The position numbers and the translations under genes are program-made. The notes beneath the pieces were generated by a model, which saw only the letters and a list, made by a program, of their open reading frames with translations, had not been told where the DNA came from and made no database searches. 64,000 nucleotides of DNA from Podospora anserina (lineage: Eukaryota), in assembly GCA_017654855.1 (NCBI GenBank), contig CM030336.1, positions 3,410,001-3,474,000 of the forward strand, in the 5' to 3' direction. This document shows positions 35,648-48,103 of the stretch, one piece after another (position 1 is the first letter of the stretch; the number at the start of each line of letters is the position of its first letter).

Positions 35648-38600
35648 TTATCTCCCTGCTCGCATCGTCAAACTCACGGCTCCTCCCCCGACAGCATTAT
35701 GCCGCCTTGGTGTCATGTAAGCTACCCACTGGCTAGAAGTCCAGTCCCAAAGAGGGGAAGGATCCCCGCGGACCCACTGACGCAAATGTTGTTCCCAAAC
35801 GAGACCATATATCCAGTGGAATGGGTATACTGGGCATAAGTGCTGGTTCCGGTCGTGCATAATGAAAGTCGGTGCGGTCTGATAGAAAGGGGGCTTCCAC
35901 TCCTGTGAATCGCTAGCCACCATGCCCATCGGATCGGTATACCCCAACAGAATATGCATGTTATGAGGCTGGTGCCATCGGATCATGCTGCTCAAAGTGG
36001 TGCTCTTGATACTCCCAAAGTAGCCCATGAGCCATTCTTTTCTGGGCATTTTGAGATCTTCGCAATCCCAGACGGCAATCTCTGCTCTTTCTGTCGGGTA
36101 TCTGAACCCGACAGCCGCCCAGTATTGCGACGTAGCCAAGGGAATCACCAATACCTCCGCAGGAACCTCGGCGCCAAACTCAAGCCAGACTTGGAGCTCG
36201 TTCCATATCGAGACAGGAACGGCGCCTTTATACGAAAAAGCAAAGAGAAAGATGAAGATACTAAGCGTGTCCCTCCAAGGGGATTTGCTCCCGATCGCCA
36301 TACCATCTTGCCGATTAGCAGTCAAAGATTCACGCCACTCAGTCACACTGAACCATGGAGTTTCTCTGGTCCCAATTTGCGGATAATCAACGTTTGGGGA
36401 TAAACCGCTCTCCAACAAAGCTCTTAAAATGGGGGAGACGTCCATGAATTGCTGGCTCTTGAATTGCTTGCGCGTACCACTCACGATGCTCGCGAGGGTC
36501 AGCAACTTGTGAGAATCGTCACCCAAGAGACGGGGGTCCTGTAACCTCCACATCACATAGTTCAGCATCGGCGCAGCCATGTCCGTTGCAATGGCAAATA
36601 GAGAGCCTGGCTGATTTTCCGGATGGGAAATTTGAAAGCCATCCCCACGCATGATCACAAACCAATCTTTGGGCGGCTCCGCGGCAGAAGGGTCGGCGGC
36701 CACGGAATATTGCCGGAAAGCGTCAATCTCGTCCAACAAGGTAAATACCCATGAAGCTGGCGGGGCAGTCATGGCAGAACTTGTCTTTGCCAGACATTCT
36801 ATCATGGCCGGCAACCGCCGCTCCTGCGCAGCCCTCGCATCGAGTTGTTTTCGCGGTGCAAAATTTGTTTGTGTGAAACTCAGGGCTTTGAACTCGGCCA
36901 AGTACGTAGTTAGGATCCCTTCCGCTACCCAATCGTCGTCAATTTTCCAATTGGGCGCCAAATCTCGCAGCTCGGTGCACAAAAAGTCGGATACTGAGCG
37001 GTGCGTGAAATCCGCCGCGTGTTTCCGGTCCGAGTTCAAGGTCCTGACCTCGATCAGGCCTTTGCACCAACTTTGCAACCTCTCGGCCGTCTGTATTTCT
37101 CGCTTCCTATAATCGTGCTCGTTGGAGCAAAGAGGAACCGGAAAGAGAAAACGCCTATCCTCATCGTTGTGTTGGCAGTTATCAAACGAGTCGAATATGT
37201 AAGAGAGACCGAACAATGTGAGTGCTTGGGACGTGGTCACGTTTTTGGCTGGTGAAAAGTTGTTCGAATAATCCCCGGCAATGCAGTAGCCACGAAGTCG
37301 TAACATCATCGCCAGTACGAAGTGCGCTCCTCTGGCATGATGCTTGGGAATAGTCTTGAAGATCCTCCGAAAAAACTCATTGAGTTCGTCTGGTGCTGTT
37401 TCGATAAGCCGGTGGATCGTGTGGAATGATGTACTCCGCTGGTTCGGAAGTTCTTCCTCTATGAGCTTCAGTAAGAACACAACCCACAAGAAGACACCTT
37501 TGGCGTTGTCAATGATCAGTCGAGTTGTCTTATCCTGACGACCATCGGTGTCTGACAGTGCAACACGCTGGAAATAAGGATTGGAACTGAGCCTTTCATG
37601 TACCAACGCGCCGATGTCAGCATCAGTGAGATGGTGGAGTGTAATGCGATGCGCACAATGCAAAGCTCCAAGTATCGGAGTTTCTTCTCGGCTTGAAACA
37701 CAAAGCTTCACGTTCCTGTGTTTTGCCCAGCTGCCTAGCCTGTCACAGAAAGCCCAGAGAGACTGGCTAGGCTCGTCAAACTCATCGAGCCCGTCAATGA
37801 AAAGACAGATCTTGAACCGAGCAGATATCTCTTCAGCTGTCAACAGCCTATTGACGGCATTGTTGATCTGGGTATCTGATATGGTTGGTATCGGAGATTT
37901 CGCTAGCGACATTGCAGCGTACCTCCTTGGAGCCCAATGATCCGGAAAGAGTATACTGGTAAGCTCAGAATTGCCCCTGAGTATGTCATATATTATTCCT
38001 CTCAAGAGCCCGCGTGTAGTCTTTTGCTCTGCTGTTCCGATCTTCCAAAAAAAGAAACGCGAGCAAATGAGTTGCTTTGGTGACGGGCCTGAGGCGGCCC
38101 AAGACTCAAGACATTGTTGGGTTGTAGAATGTGTGGCCAAGTACTTCATCAGAGTTGACTTGCCAGCTCCAGGTTTGCCTGCAATGTGGTAAATACCCGA
38201 ACCCGATCTTAACCAGTGGATAAACTCTTGGGAGGCGTTGACCCTGGCGGGATCATCGATGTCTGGCGAACTATCGCCACTCTCCACCCCCGACGGCCGC
38301 CCAAGCATCCAGGAGAATGTGGTACACGCTGGATCGGCAATCTCTTCGAAACGCTTATCAGCAGTAGCCGGCCTCAGGGCGCCCAAAATAGTCGCCTGAT
38401 TCATCGACTCCAACGAGGCCTCGGACAAATATATTGCGTCTTTGATCATCTGCAATAGGTCCAACTTCTCGGTGAGCTTTGCAAGCTCTAATGACAGCGC
38501 ATCCTTGACTGTTTGCAGGTTCGACTCGTTAACCAGCCTAGCAAGCCCTTCCAGTGGATCGAGCTTCTGACTGATGGCTTCCAGTTTTGTTATCAACTGT

Positions 38601-39128
38601 GGGCTACGTTGCTCGGAGGCTGCAAGCAGCTGTTTTATTACTGAAACATCGTTACTGAGTTGGAGAAGTTAGAGGACAGGTACCTGGCCGGCCGAAAGTG
38701 AAATCTAGCGTGTGAGCTTACTTGGTGGTAATTGCAAGTGCGGTTCTCAGTTGGCCCGTTGCCGATTCCAGCTCTTTCTGCAGATCCTGAAGCTCCGACT
38801 TGTGCTTTGTGTATTGGGCTTTGGCTTGCAGGGCACTGGCAACCGAAGATGGCTTGCGAGCTTTGCACAGGTCGAGCATGGCTCTTATTTCCTTGATCGT
38901 TGCAGAACACCGCTCCGATGCTAATCTCGCGGACGCGTCGAGCCTGGGGTTGGCAAGCTGGCCAAGTGCAGCATCGAACTGACTCATGGCAAGGAGCAGT
39001 TTGTCTGTTTGTTTGGTGAAACCCGAAGTCGACTTGTACAGGTCCCAAAGTGTTTTTCCAGTTTTGACAGCAATGTCAACCGTAGAGAGCACGTTGACTG
39101 CCAACGAAAAGGCTGATATCGGGTCCAT
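35648..39128 (-). CDS. Fungal NLR-like NACHT NTPase with HeLo-like/SesA-like N-terminal helical domain; intron 38655-38721; ~1140 aa
   Basis: N-terminus MDPISAFSLAVNVLSTVDIAVK; TFSWM, P-loop GKPGAGKSTLMKYL, Walker B LFIDGLDE, CVSSR, AKGVFLWV, FTHRSVSDFL; the splice joins the two ORFs in frame. Confidence 0.92.
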
Positions 39129-40137
39129 ATTTTCGGTCTTTGAATTGAGAGCAGCGCTCAACACGAGATTCGCTGCTTTGCTTGGGCGTCTTTGAGAACT
39201 TGAAGAAATCCGACCGAGTGCTGGTCACGATCAAGGTTGGACATGATTCGGGCAGGATGGAATTTTGGGCGGCAGCCACTGGGCAGGCAATGGGTGTTCA
39301 CAGCCTCAGTTGGAGGCTGTGTGCCTGCACGTAGTACCTATGCTTGGCACGCTTACCTGCACTATACCGGACCTAGGTATGCAGATAACACAAGCCAACG
39401 GTTATTCTTGCTCGTTGATGTCACGATCGCATCGGTCCAATCACCTGTAACCGTTCTACGTGAGTTATTTGAAAGTCAATGTGCAAGCAATGTTAGCTAC
39501 CTTACCTTACCCACTCGCTTCTATGCTAATCATAGTACAGTATATAGGCAGGTACTTCGTTTGCAGGGCTTAATTGAAGTTTATATGAAAGTTGGAGATT
39601 GTATATGGGGTAGGTATGTGCATCGGTAGGTGGTATTCAAGATCTGAAGTTATATCCTGCAAGTATCTCTGGGCCTGGATAGGTACCTACATATATATAA
39701 GCCTAGGTAAGGTAGTAGAAATCGATTCCATTGATGCTGACGTGCCCAATGCGGCTCTAGTACGCTAACACTTGTCAAAGTGAAGGTCCGCTCTTGCCGA
39801 GCAAACACCCATCAGGCGGTTCAGCTTGTTTTGATCTGATAGTGATCCAAATGGCAGCGGCGTAGATTTCTCACGGGCTGACAGCATGACCTACAATGGC
39901 GGCCCAGCCTCGCCAGTACCAATTTTCACCATGCCATAACCAGATGCCATGATATGATTCCAGCACCCAATCCCGCGAGACTATCACAGGCAACAGCCAA
40001 AGCAATGTACAAAAAAAAACACCATTCCACATTCCTCCTCCCCTACCCCTTAGCATGCCACCAAGACATAAACACCACCACAACCCCACCCAGAACTCAT
40101 CCCACCACCCTTGACCTCCTTGATCACCACCAAAACA

Positions 40138-40837
40138 ATGCCCAACATCCTCCCAATCTACCACCGAACCTGGGAAACCCTCCGCCCCTTGGGCAATCCC
40201 CTGGAAACCCCTCCCCAAAACCGCCTTCCACAACCCCCCAACCCCCAAACTCGACGATGACAATAACCTCGTCTCTTCCGACCTCCCCGAAGTCCGCCCC
40301 CTCGACCTCCTAGTCCCCTACCACCCAGAGCGTCAACTAGGCAAAGAAGTCATTGTCTATACTCCGTCTCCCCCTTCCTCACCCCCCGTTGAACACCCCC
40401 AAAACGGCAATCCTGAACCCCGGTGGCGCCGTCACCGTATTCTCCTCCTCGCAATAGCGATCATCCTCGCCGGTGGGATGATCACAGGGGGAATAGTAGC
40501 CGGTTTCATCGCTACACGCCCACCACAGCAACCGCAACAACAGCAGGGTGGGATTGTGAACGACAATAATGGCCAGTGAGTCGATAGTTTCTCCTTCTTC
40601 AGACGAGCATTTGTTGACAACAAACACAGATATATCCCCCCCGGCTTCTCCACCCTCCCCTACATCGTCACAAGATCCATCAAAACAATCGAAACAAGGA
40701 CCCTAACGAAGATACGGACCAAGACGCAGACTCCCCGGACGAGAACTACTTCTTCTGGCGTTGATGGAGTGGTTACGACTCCAGCTGCTGTTGCCAACGG
40801 GGAGAGTGCAATCCCGTCCCAGACAGGAGTGATGTAA
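40138..40837 (+). pseudogene. Single-pass membrane protein gene with apparent frameshifts (pseudogene or sequence errors)
   Basis: Pieces in different frames: ..DLPEVRPLDLLVPYHPERQLGKEV..; RWRRHRILLLAIAIILAGGMITGGIVAGFIA (TM); GTGAGT intron at ~40576; Thr-rich tail ending TAA at 40835-40837. Confidence 0.5.
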
Positions 40838-41431
40838 ACCATGCAGCCCCAAGTCGTCATCGCCATCCTCACAGACCATCAAAACTCATGCATACTCCAA
40901 AGTTCAAAGCGAATGTCATCATAGCCAATATATACATCTCAACCAACCGTCTTCAAACACGGTGGCCCCGACAGTCGTATATACATGCACAAGTTAGGCA
41001 GTCAAACTCATCCCATCCATCCCAACACATTCATCAGCCAGCGCCAGCCAGCCGCGTAGCACGGGCACTTCCCTCTTCTCTTCATTAAATTACAATTTTG
41101 CTCCAGGACGCAGTTCAAAAACCATACGTCATGAAACAGTGATATTAAATGCCCCCTCCCTCCCTCATCATCAAAACACCAAGCTCCGTTCGTGAGCAAT
41201 CGTGGTCATGTGAAAAAGGCAGATTGGGCTCCAAACCGAAAAGAGTGCCGGTCGTAGGATAATGCTCCTGTCTATATGCCGAGCAAAGCCAGAAACAAAC
41301 TTTTGGTCATTGTCGTAAAAAAGAAGCGGCTTGGAGGAAGAAAGCCAGTCATGGTAAGCGTTGCCCCAAGAAAACAATATTGGGGGGTTGCAATAGCTGT
41401 CATATTCCGTCATGGTGTTCGGACAGCTCCT

Positions 41432-41821
41432 TCAACGGTCAAAGCTGCTTCTCTGTTGCTGCTGCTTGGTCCTCCAGTCGTGTGCCTCTGCGATGCTTTC
41501 GATGCGTGGCATGCCGTCAGGCTTGGAGTTGGAGCCGAACCCGGGCATGCTACTCCACCGGTTGAGCTTCTTCTGAGCCTTGACGGGGTCGTCGACTGGG
41601 ACTTGCTGGGCGCTGATGGTGGTGGTGTTGGACCTGCTGGTGTTGGCGCTGCTGGCTGTGCTGGATGAGGATCCGGTAGAGTTGGGGGACTGGTAGATGT
41701 ATTCGCCGTCAACGTAGATTGCGTTGGAAACAAAAGTAGAACGGCGATGACGCCTGCGGGTGTAGCGCTGCTCGAGACGGAAGAGCTCAATTTTGGCCTG
41801 GATTTTCTCGATGAAGCCCAT
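41432..41821 (-). CDS. Small hypothetical protein (129 aa) of a type conserved in ascomycetes
   Basis: MGFIEKIQAKIELFRLEQRYTRRR...YVDGEYIY followed by a Ser-rich tail; ACA ATG start context. Confidence 0.75.
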   Translation of the reverse strand: MGFIEKIQAKIELFRLEQRYTRRRHRRSTFVSNAIYVDGEYIYQSPNSTGSSSSTASSANTSRSNTTTISAQQVPVDDPVKAQKKLNRWSSMPGFGSNSKPDGMPRIESIAEAHDWRTKQQQQRSSFDR

Positions 41822-42249
41822 TGTGTACGCTGATGGTGGTATGTACAGTGGTATGCAGTTGGTGGGTTTGTGGAAAGTAGGTGTAGGACTCGAGATGGTA
41901 CTCGGAAGACTCGGTAAAGATGGTTGGTTGTTGGATTTGACGTGCGAGTTTGGGGCGTTTTGCCAAAGATCAATGTTTCGGGTACTCGAGGATCAGCGGC
42001 TGGAAGATTGCTTTTTCGGCTCGGGTGAGACAAGTCAGATCGGGTGCTTTCGCGTGGTGGTGGTGGTGGTGGTAGTTGTGGGTGGGTGTGTCGAGGGACG
42101 GAAAGACTGGATGAACAGTCTGGGGATTAAAGAATGGCAAGCGAACAGCAACGTGATCGCAGTTTATCCAATGTGTCGGATCAGAGAAAGTCGTGGGGTC
42201 GACAAGACGGAAACGAGAACGAGAGATTGGGTTGGGTTGGGGGGTGGTT

Positions 42250-42252
<3 letters not shown>

Positions 42253-42283
<31 letters not shown>
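42253..42283. repeat. (GA)n dinucleotide microsatellite
   Basis: Uninterrupted gagaga run of ~30 bp. Confidence 0.95.
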
Positions 42284-42285
<2 letters not shown>

Positions 42286-43395
42286 GAGAGAAGCGGAAGA
42301 AACGATGTGACGGGAACATCGCGTGGAGCAGGCCAATCCGCGCCATTCCGAACATGGTGAAGGCTGGCTTCTGTTCTCCACATGCAATTAATCCATCCTC
42401 GCGGGGGAATTTTTATGCAGCTCCGCACCACCGCACTGTGCTCCGTGTCCCTGGCGATCACAGATAAAGACGCATGTTCCCAAGCCAGTCTTGACCCCTC
42501 TGGGCAAGTCCAGCCTGCCGAGGCTGCTAGCGACGCAGGGGCACAGATGTGAAGGACTGTCAGTGGGACGCTGCCACGACGGAAGGACGGCAGTGCTTTT
42601 TCTCGACTGCTGAGAAGTTTTCTCGAGCTGCAGAAGGAGCGAAGAAAAGAGGGGTTATCGAACTGGCAGTGGCTCGGGGGTTTCAACATTGGGATGGCGG
42701 GTGCCAGACGGTTGACATTTCCCCCCGCACTTGACCCCCCAAGCACCCCCCCCAAGCCACTCAGCAACAATAAGCCCGGCCACCCGACCTCGTACCTTAA
42801 CGAATGTCACCAAAAACGCCATTCACCCGGTTTCGCCGTTCCAATGCCTCGACGTAACATGTCAGAAAGTTAATGCAGTCAATCGACATATTCGTTCCAC
42901 GATTTCGTCTTTCAATCATTGACTGTTCCTCAGCAGCTGTCGCGTGTCGGTCGTCAAATGACGAAATGCCCAAGCTTCTCTGGGCAGCCCTCCTGGCCCC
43001 CTGCATCCCACGTGTCACGCTACCAGTCTTGGGCCACAACGCTCGGGACCGCGAATCCACAGCGGCCATCACCAATGAAAGGCCCAGTAAGGCCTCCAGC
43101 CGAAATGATATCGAACTCGACGGCGCCGCTCTTGGACATCAATGGTTCCCAACATCCGTTGTGGCAGCGGGATGGATCATAACAGCTGCCGTTATCATCG
43201 TTCAAGTGTGGTACGGCGCGGTAGGTTAAAGCCACAGAACGACGCATTTATCATGAGACCAGAATTCGTTTTTACTAGATGATCCTCACAGCAATACCGT
43301 CCGCAGATTTGTCGCCGCGGACTGGAGCGTGTGGAAGATCCACCACTGGGTTGCCCTCACACCGGAATCTACTCATCTGGCCATCTTCTGATAAA

Positions 43396-44116
43396 CTACT
43401 GCCTTGGAATCCCGATTTCCCAGGGCAGGTCACCTGGGTGAGCCCGCCCCATGAACGCTAATAACAGAGAAATAGTGCCGCTATATAAAAACATGAGCCC
43501 CAAGGCGGATGTAACAGCAGCGCCAACTTCTTGAAAACCCCATCTGCCGGATGGTGGCGGGGAAAGTACCAGACCGATTCCTGTTACCAACGCTATCATG
43601 AACATCAGCATGAACACGGCGCCCAATGTTAGGGCATCTTTCCACGTCATGGAAGAAGAAGGTCGATGCTGATCTGGTATGTTGCCGTCTTGCAATTGCT
43701 TGTACCACTTGTTAAGCTTTTTGTGGATATCTTTGCATCGGAGACGTCGCCGGGTATCCTTGGGGAGCTTGCCGTTGCTCTGGACTGGCGGCTCAACAAC
43801 CAACATGTCCTTTTCGATCATGTTCAAAAGGTTGTGGACGTAGTTGGTGCAGCTGGGGTGGCCGTGTAAGCCGCGTATGAACTATATCTGTGTCTTTAGT
43901 GTTGGTTTCCAAAGTCAAAGCGGAGTGCTGGACTTGTGGTGGCTAACCTGGGTTACGGACGGTTTGACTTGGAAAGGCAGCTGAGAAGACGATGGGCGGC
44001 TCCCTCGGGCGCGTCGTGTCGAGTTATAGTACGCAGCTTGATAGTCGCCGTCGTGTTTCCGATTCTTTTCGAACTCGCGGAGCAAGCGGATTCCGCCCAT
44101 ATACCAGGTGATGAAC
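43396..44116 (-). pseudogene. 5'-truncated protein kinase (end of C-lobe) with two C-terminal TM helices; intron 43882-43947
   Basis: FITWYMGG..LLREFEKNR..VKPSVTQ|FIRGLHGHPSCTNYVHNLLNMIEKDMLVVEP..RLRCKDIHKKL, resembling fungal kinase subdomains IX-XI, then two hydrophobic helices; no upstream kinase part. Confidence 0.72.
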
Positions 44117-47100
44117 ATCTGGGCTCTTAGTTGCATTGTACTCGAATTCTTAATATGGTTGCTTTATGGGTGGCAGGAACTGGCCGAGTTTCATCAACAA
44201 ATTCGGGACAAACAAAGACTTCCATCGCCCTTCTATGAGGAAGACACTGTGGAGCTTGGAAAAAGGAAGGCCAAGGTTCACGGAAGAGTAGTGGAGTGGA
44301 TGGGCAAACTCAGTCGCCATCCGCTTTGCCAGGAAGGCACTGCCATGAGGGATATGCTGGAACTCGTGAGGACTCGGTTGTTGGTCGTTCGACTACCAGT
44401 TAATATCGGTCGACTTGGAGATGGCCCTACCCCCGACTCTGTCCGTTTGTCCCGTCGAAACACAATCGAAAACATGCGCGAGGCCAGAGAAACTTAGCAA
44501 CAGGCAGTCTCGCCACCCATACCAGCAGCACCCACTTTTGCTGACGAGCCAACATCACACGACGAAACTCGCGAAGCTGTGGTAGTTCCTGACATTGTTG
44601 TTGACACTGCTGATAATAAAGAAAACTCTGCTCAGACTCCTGTCAAGCAAGGAGACCCCGAGCAGCATTTGTGCCGTGCAAAAGCTTTCGAGGTGACCGA
44701 AAAGCTTCAAGTCATTCTAGATCACAAGGATGAGAGCTACTGGCTTCCCTCCCATTCCTCTCCGCAGTCAATCGCTGTTCAGCCTCCCGACCCCCTCAGC
44801 CAGGGCAATGAAAGAGAAGCATCAGATGCATACGAGACTTTTTCAAGCATTGGATCATCCACCATTGACTCTACTGCAACTAGGGCTTTCGATTCAGGTA
44901 CGTCTACTCATGTAGACTCCGGTCAATCAACCAGTAGTCCAACCAGCAAAAAGGGAAGGGACGCCAAGCTTCTTGCACCACAAGTGCCACAACGTAAGTC
45001 TTGCTGAGAGGCCATGATAATGAAAGAGCCATCTAACAAGCATTCAATGAGATGGCTGATTATGTGTGATCAATCTGCATATTATGAAACACGCAACCCT
45101 TTCTGATACAGTCATTACATAGTTCCAAGTTGTGAGTAAACCTCGGTTTCTTCATGTCCTAGTTCATCAAAGGTTGGCACTGACAGGCCGAAATTAGTAC
45201 GTGAGTTCGTTGTAATGCCTCTTCAAAAAACCTTTTACTGGTTGTTTTATCGTTCTAGACTGATCATAGACAATGGTGAATGCACATGAAGGCTGTGAGC
45301 CCTCTACCTCAGTTATAAGCCCAAGGCGTTTCGTGCTAACTCGTGGCAGCATGTAAGTTGATCTATCGTCTGTTCGTTGATATTACTCGAGACAATGCTA
45401 ATTGCTTTATTTGACACCACCTTCAGCCAGTAAGCAGTCTTTGGTCTGGCCTCTAATGAGAACATGGTATTAATCTAAGATTATTAGGAGGCAAGTCAGT
45501 TTCTCAGAATGGCACGGTCCAGCCTTTCTGACAGTGTGCAGCTTGGTGACCGTTGGACCCTTCACATCGACAACCAGTTTCCCCTCAACGTTGCCTTGAC
45601 CATTCAGGGTCACAACCTTCCTCATCCTGGAGGAAGACTACAGCTTGATCGTCTCTGTGTCAGCTGCCAGTCAAGACAGTTATGGAAGGTTGGGTTCAGC
45701 TTCACTGTGAGTGTGAAATCACTCGAGGCGCAGGCAGCTCGCAAAGCATGTGACATGTGCTGCCTCCTTTGGAAAGCTTGCTCGAAGGCAGGAGGCACAA
45801 ACTTCCAGACGTCAACTTTCACAAGGGTTGGGTCAGGCCTAACTCTGAACTCGGGTAATGTTCATGTCTTATCAATTTGTCAAGAACCAAGTGAGTATTC
45901 CGCCACCACTGCAAAAAGATCGCACTTATCTTCCCCTCCCACCTTTTGCGACGTTGTTAACATCAAGCTGACCATATCAGTTGTTCACAGAGCCGTTGAC
46001 TACTTCAGTGATATCCAGATTGGGTACCCTTGTCTTCAAAAGGCAGGAAGCGATGTTCACTTCAAGATCATGAATCAGTGGCTAGACCTGTGTGATTCAA
46101 CACATTATCACATGGGTGATGCAGCGTCAACAAAGCCTGACCTTCCCACAAGACTGATTGATGTTGGCCACCCTGACAATGAGTCTGTTAGGCTACGGGA
46201 GACACAGGCGGGAGATTATATCCGATACATTGCTCTTTCTCATCCTTGGGGAGATCTTCCACACTTCTGCACGTACCGCAGCAATCTGAAGGCCCACATG
46301 GAAAGCATAAAGGTCAGTGATCTTCCGGCAACCTTCCGAGATGCCGTCGTGTCTACACGCGCCCTCGGGCTTCAGTATTTATGGATCGATCCCATCTGCA
46401 TAATACAAGGACCAGACGGAGACTTTATCTCTGAAGCCAAGCGGATGGAACAAGTTTTCAGTTCGGCATACTGTGCTCTTGCCGCCAGCTGCACCATTGG
46501 CCAGTCGGACGGATTCCTGAAGCCACGACGCCCGAGAGACTACGTACAGCTCCCATCGCAAGAAAACAACAGACCTCCGCTGTATCTCTGTGACCAGATC
46601 GACGACTTCAACAGCCATGTGCTGCAAGAACCTCCCAGCACCCGCGGTTGGGTCCTCCAAGAACATGCCCTTGCCCGCCGCACAATTTTCTTCACGGAGC
46701 ACCAGACATACTTTGAATGTGGGAAGGGTGTGCATTGCGAGACCATGATACGCATGTCAAAGTAAGATACAATATCCATCCCTTGTTTCTTCTTCTTTTT
46801 TTTTTGGCATATCCACAGAGCAACAGGCTGGCTGATCAGACTTCAAGCTCCCTCGCCGACCTCATAGGCGACACCAACTTCCTCCAGCTCATCATGAGAG
46901 CCTCCAAAGGCGAGCGTATCCTCCGCTATCAAGACTTTTACAGAAAGTAGTCCCGCCTCAATTTTACGCGGCCTTCAACCGCCCCATCGCCCTCGACGGT
47001 CTGCAGAGCAGGCTGCTCAAGGCTTTCGGGACCAGAGGCGGCTTCGGCATATTCGACGAGGGAGACCTTCACGGCCATCTCCGGCGCAGCTTACTCTGGC

Positions 47101-47684
47101 ACCGTGCCGCGGATGAGCCGACCATGCAGAGGATTGACTTCCCTGCCAGCCGTCTGGTGGTTCCAGAGACGGCCGTTATGCTCCCCCCAACGTGGTCCTG
47201 GATAGCGTACACAGGGGCCATTGATTATTTTGATTTGGAGTTTGGAGGGGTCGAGTGGGTGGACGGTGTTAGTTCGCCATGGACCAGTGTCAGCGATAAA
47301 GCTCTTGCTGCTCGTGGTCCCCTGAGACTGCGCGGGAAGGCGAGGAGGTTCAGGATTGACGATGGTATACTTTCAGAGAAGAAGGCAGTGGTCGTTCTTG
47401 ACATCCCAGACGAGCCAAAGCAGCAGGAACAACGCGTGATGGTTTTGGGGAGAGATCAACTGGATGTGGGGGGCTCTAGACTGTTGGCATCTGGTGGTAG
47501 CGATCTTGGGTCGCGTAGGAATTATGTCCTTTTCATTGGCAAAAAATCATTGGCAGACAGGGGAGTCAAGGGTGACCATGCTCAGGGATCTAGGTGGATC
47601 AGATTGGGGCTGGGTATCTGCCGGAAAGATGTATCTCCCAGGATTGGGTGTTGGTTCATACTTACTAAGGGTAATGTCGTCTAG
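44115..47684 (+). pseudogene. 5'-truncated protein kinase-HET domain gene with premature stops and frameshifts
   Basis: Starts at subdomain IX (N)IWAL(S)CIVLEFLIWLLYG; HET motifs LPTRLIDVG, YIALSHPWG, LPATFRDAV, YLWIDPICIIQ, MEQVFSSAY, RGWVLQEHALARR; PPTWSW; stops at 44495 and 46948, frameshift near 46975. Confidence 0.9.
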
Positions 47685-48103
47685 GTGGTGTGCAAATGAG
47701 ATTCTTCCAACATCAAATTTCTATAAGGTCACACGACATGAACCCAACATTTCGGTATGCCTAGTACCTAAGGTACCTGATATCTTCAAGGCGGCCTCCC
47801 ACCCCAAATGCAATTGTCGCAGTGTGTTGGCACCACACACTGTCTGGAAAGCACTAAGTGACTGTTTTGTTCGTGACTGGAGCACACTCGACGGCTAGTC
47901 TCGTGGTTCAGTAGGTAAGATCGGGTTGCATAAATAGGGAACACCCGCTGAACAATTTGTGTGGCCGAGAATGCCCCGCACTTATCGCTTTTCACTTCAT
48001 TCTTCTCCCGCCCAGTCCTGTCAGAACACAGACAACCTTTTGCATCACTTTCCAGACAGTCTGATCGATCTACACAATCACCACACCCCAGCTATTCTCA
48101 ACG

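Noticed and set aside
39460-39760. TA-rich patch as a RIPed transposon relic
   Set aside because: Short, with no TIR/LTR or coding remnant; resembles ordinary TAGGTA-rich intergenic DNA.
38600-39900. Amyloid signalling motif or adjacent HET-S-like effector for the NLR
   Set aside because: NLR N-terminus is a helical domain; no G/N/Q-rich pseudo-repeat motif or neighbouring effector ORF was seen.
45509-45541. ATG 45509 as the true start of a stand-alone 418-aa HET protein
   Set aside because: It lies inside a predicted intron (branch CTGAC, acceptor at 45541), and downstream exons contain a stop and frameshift.
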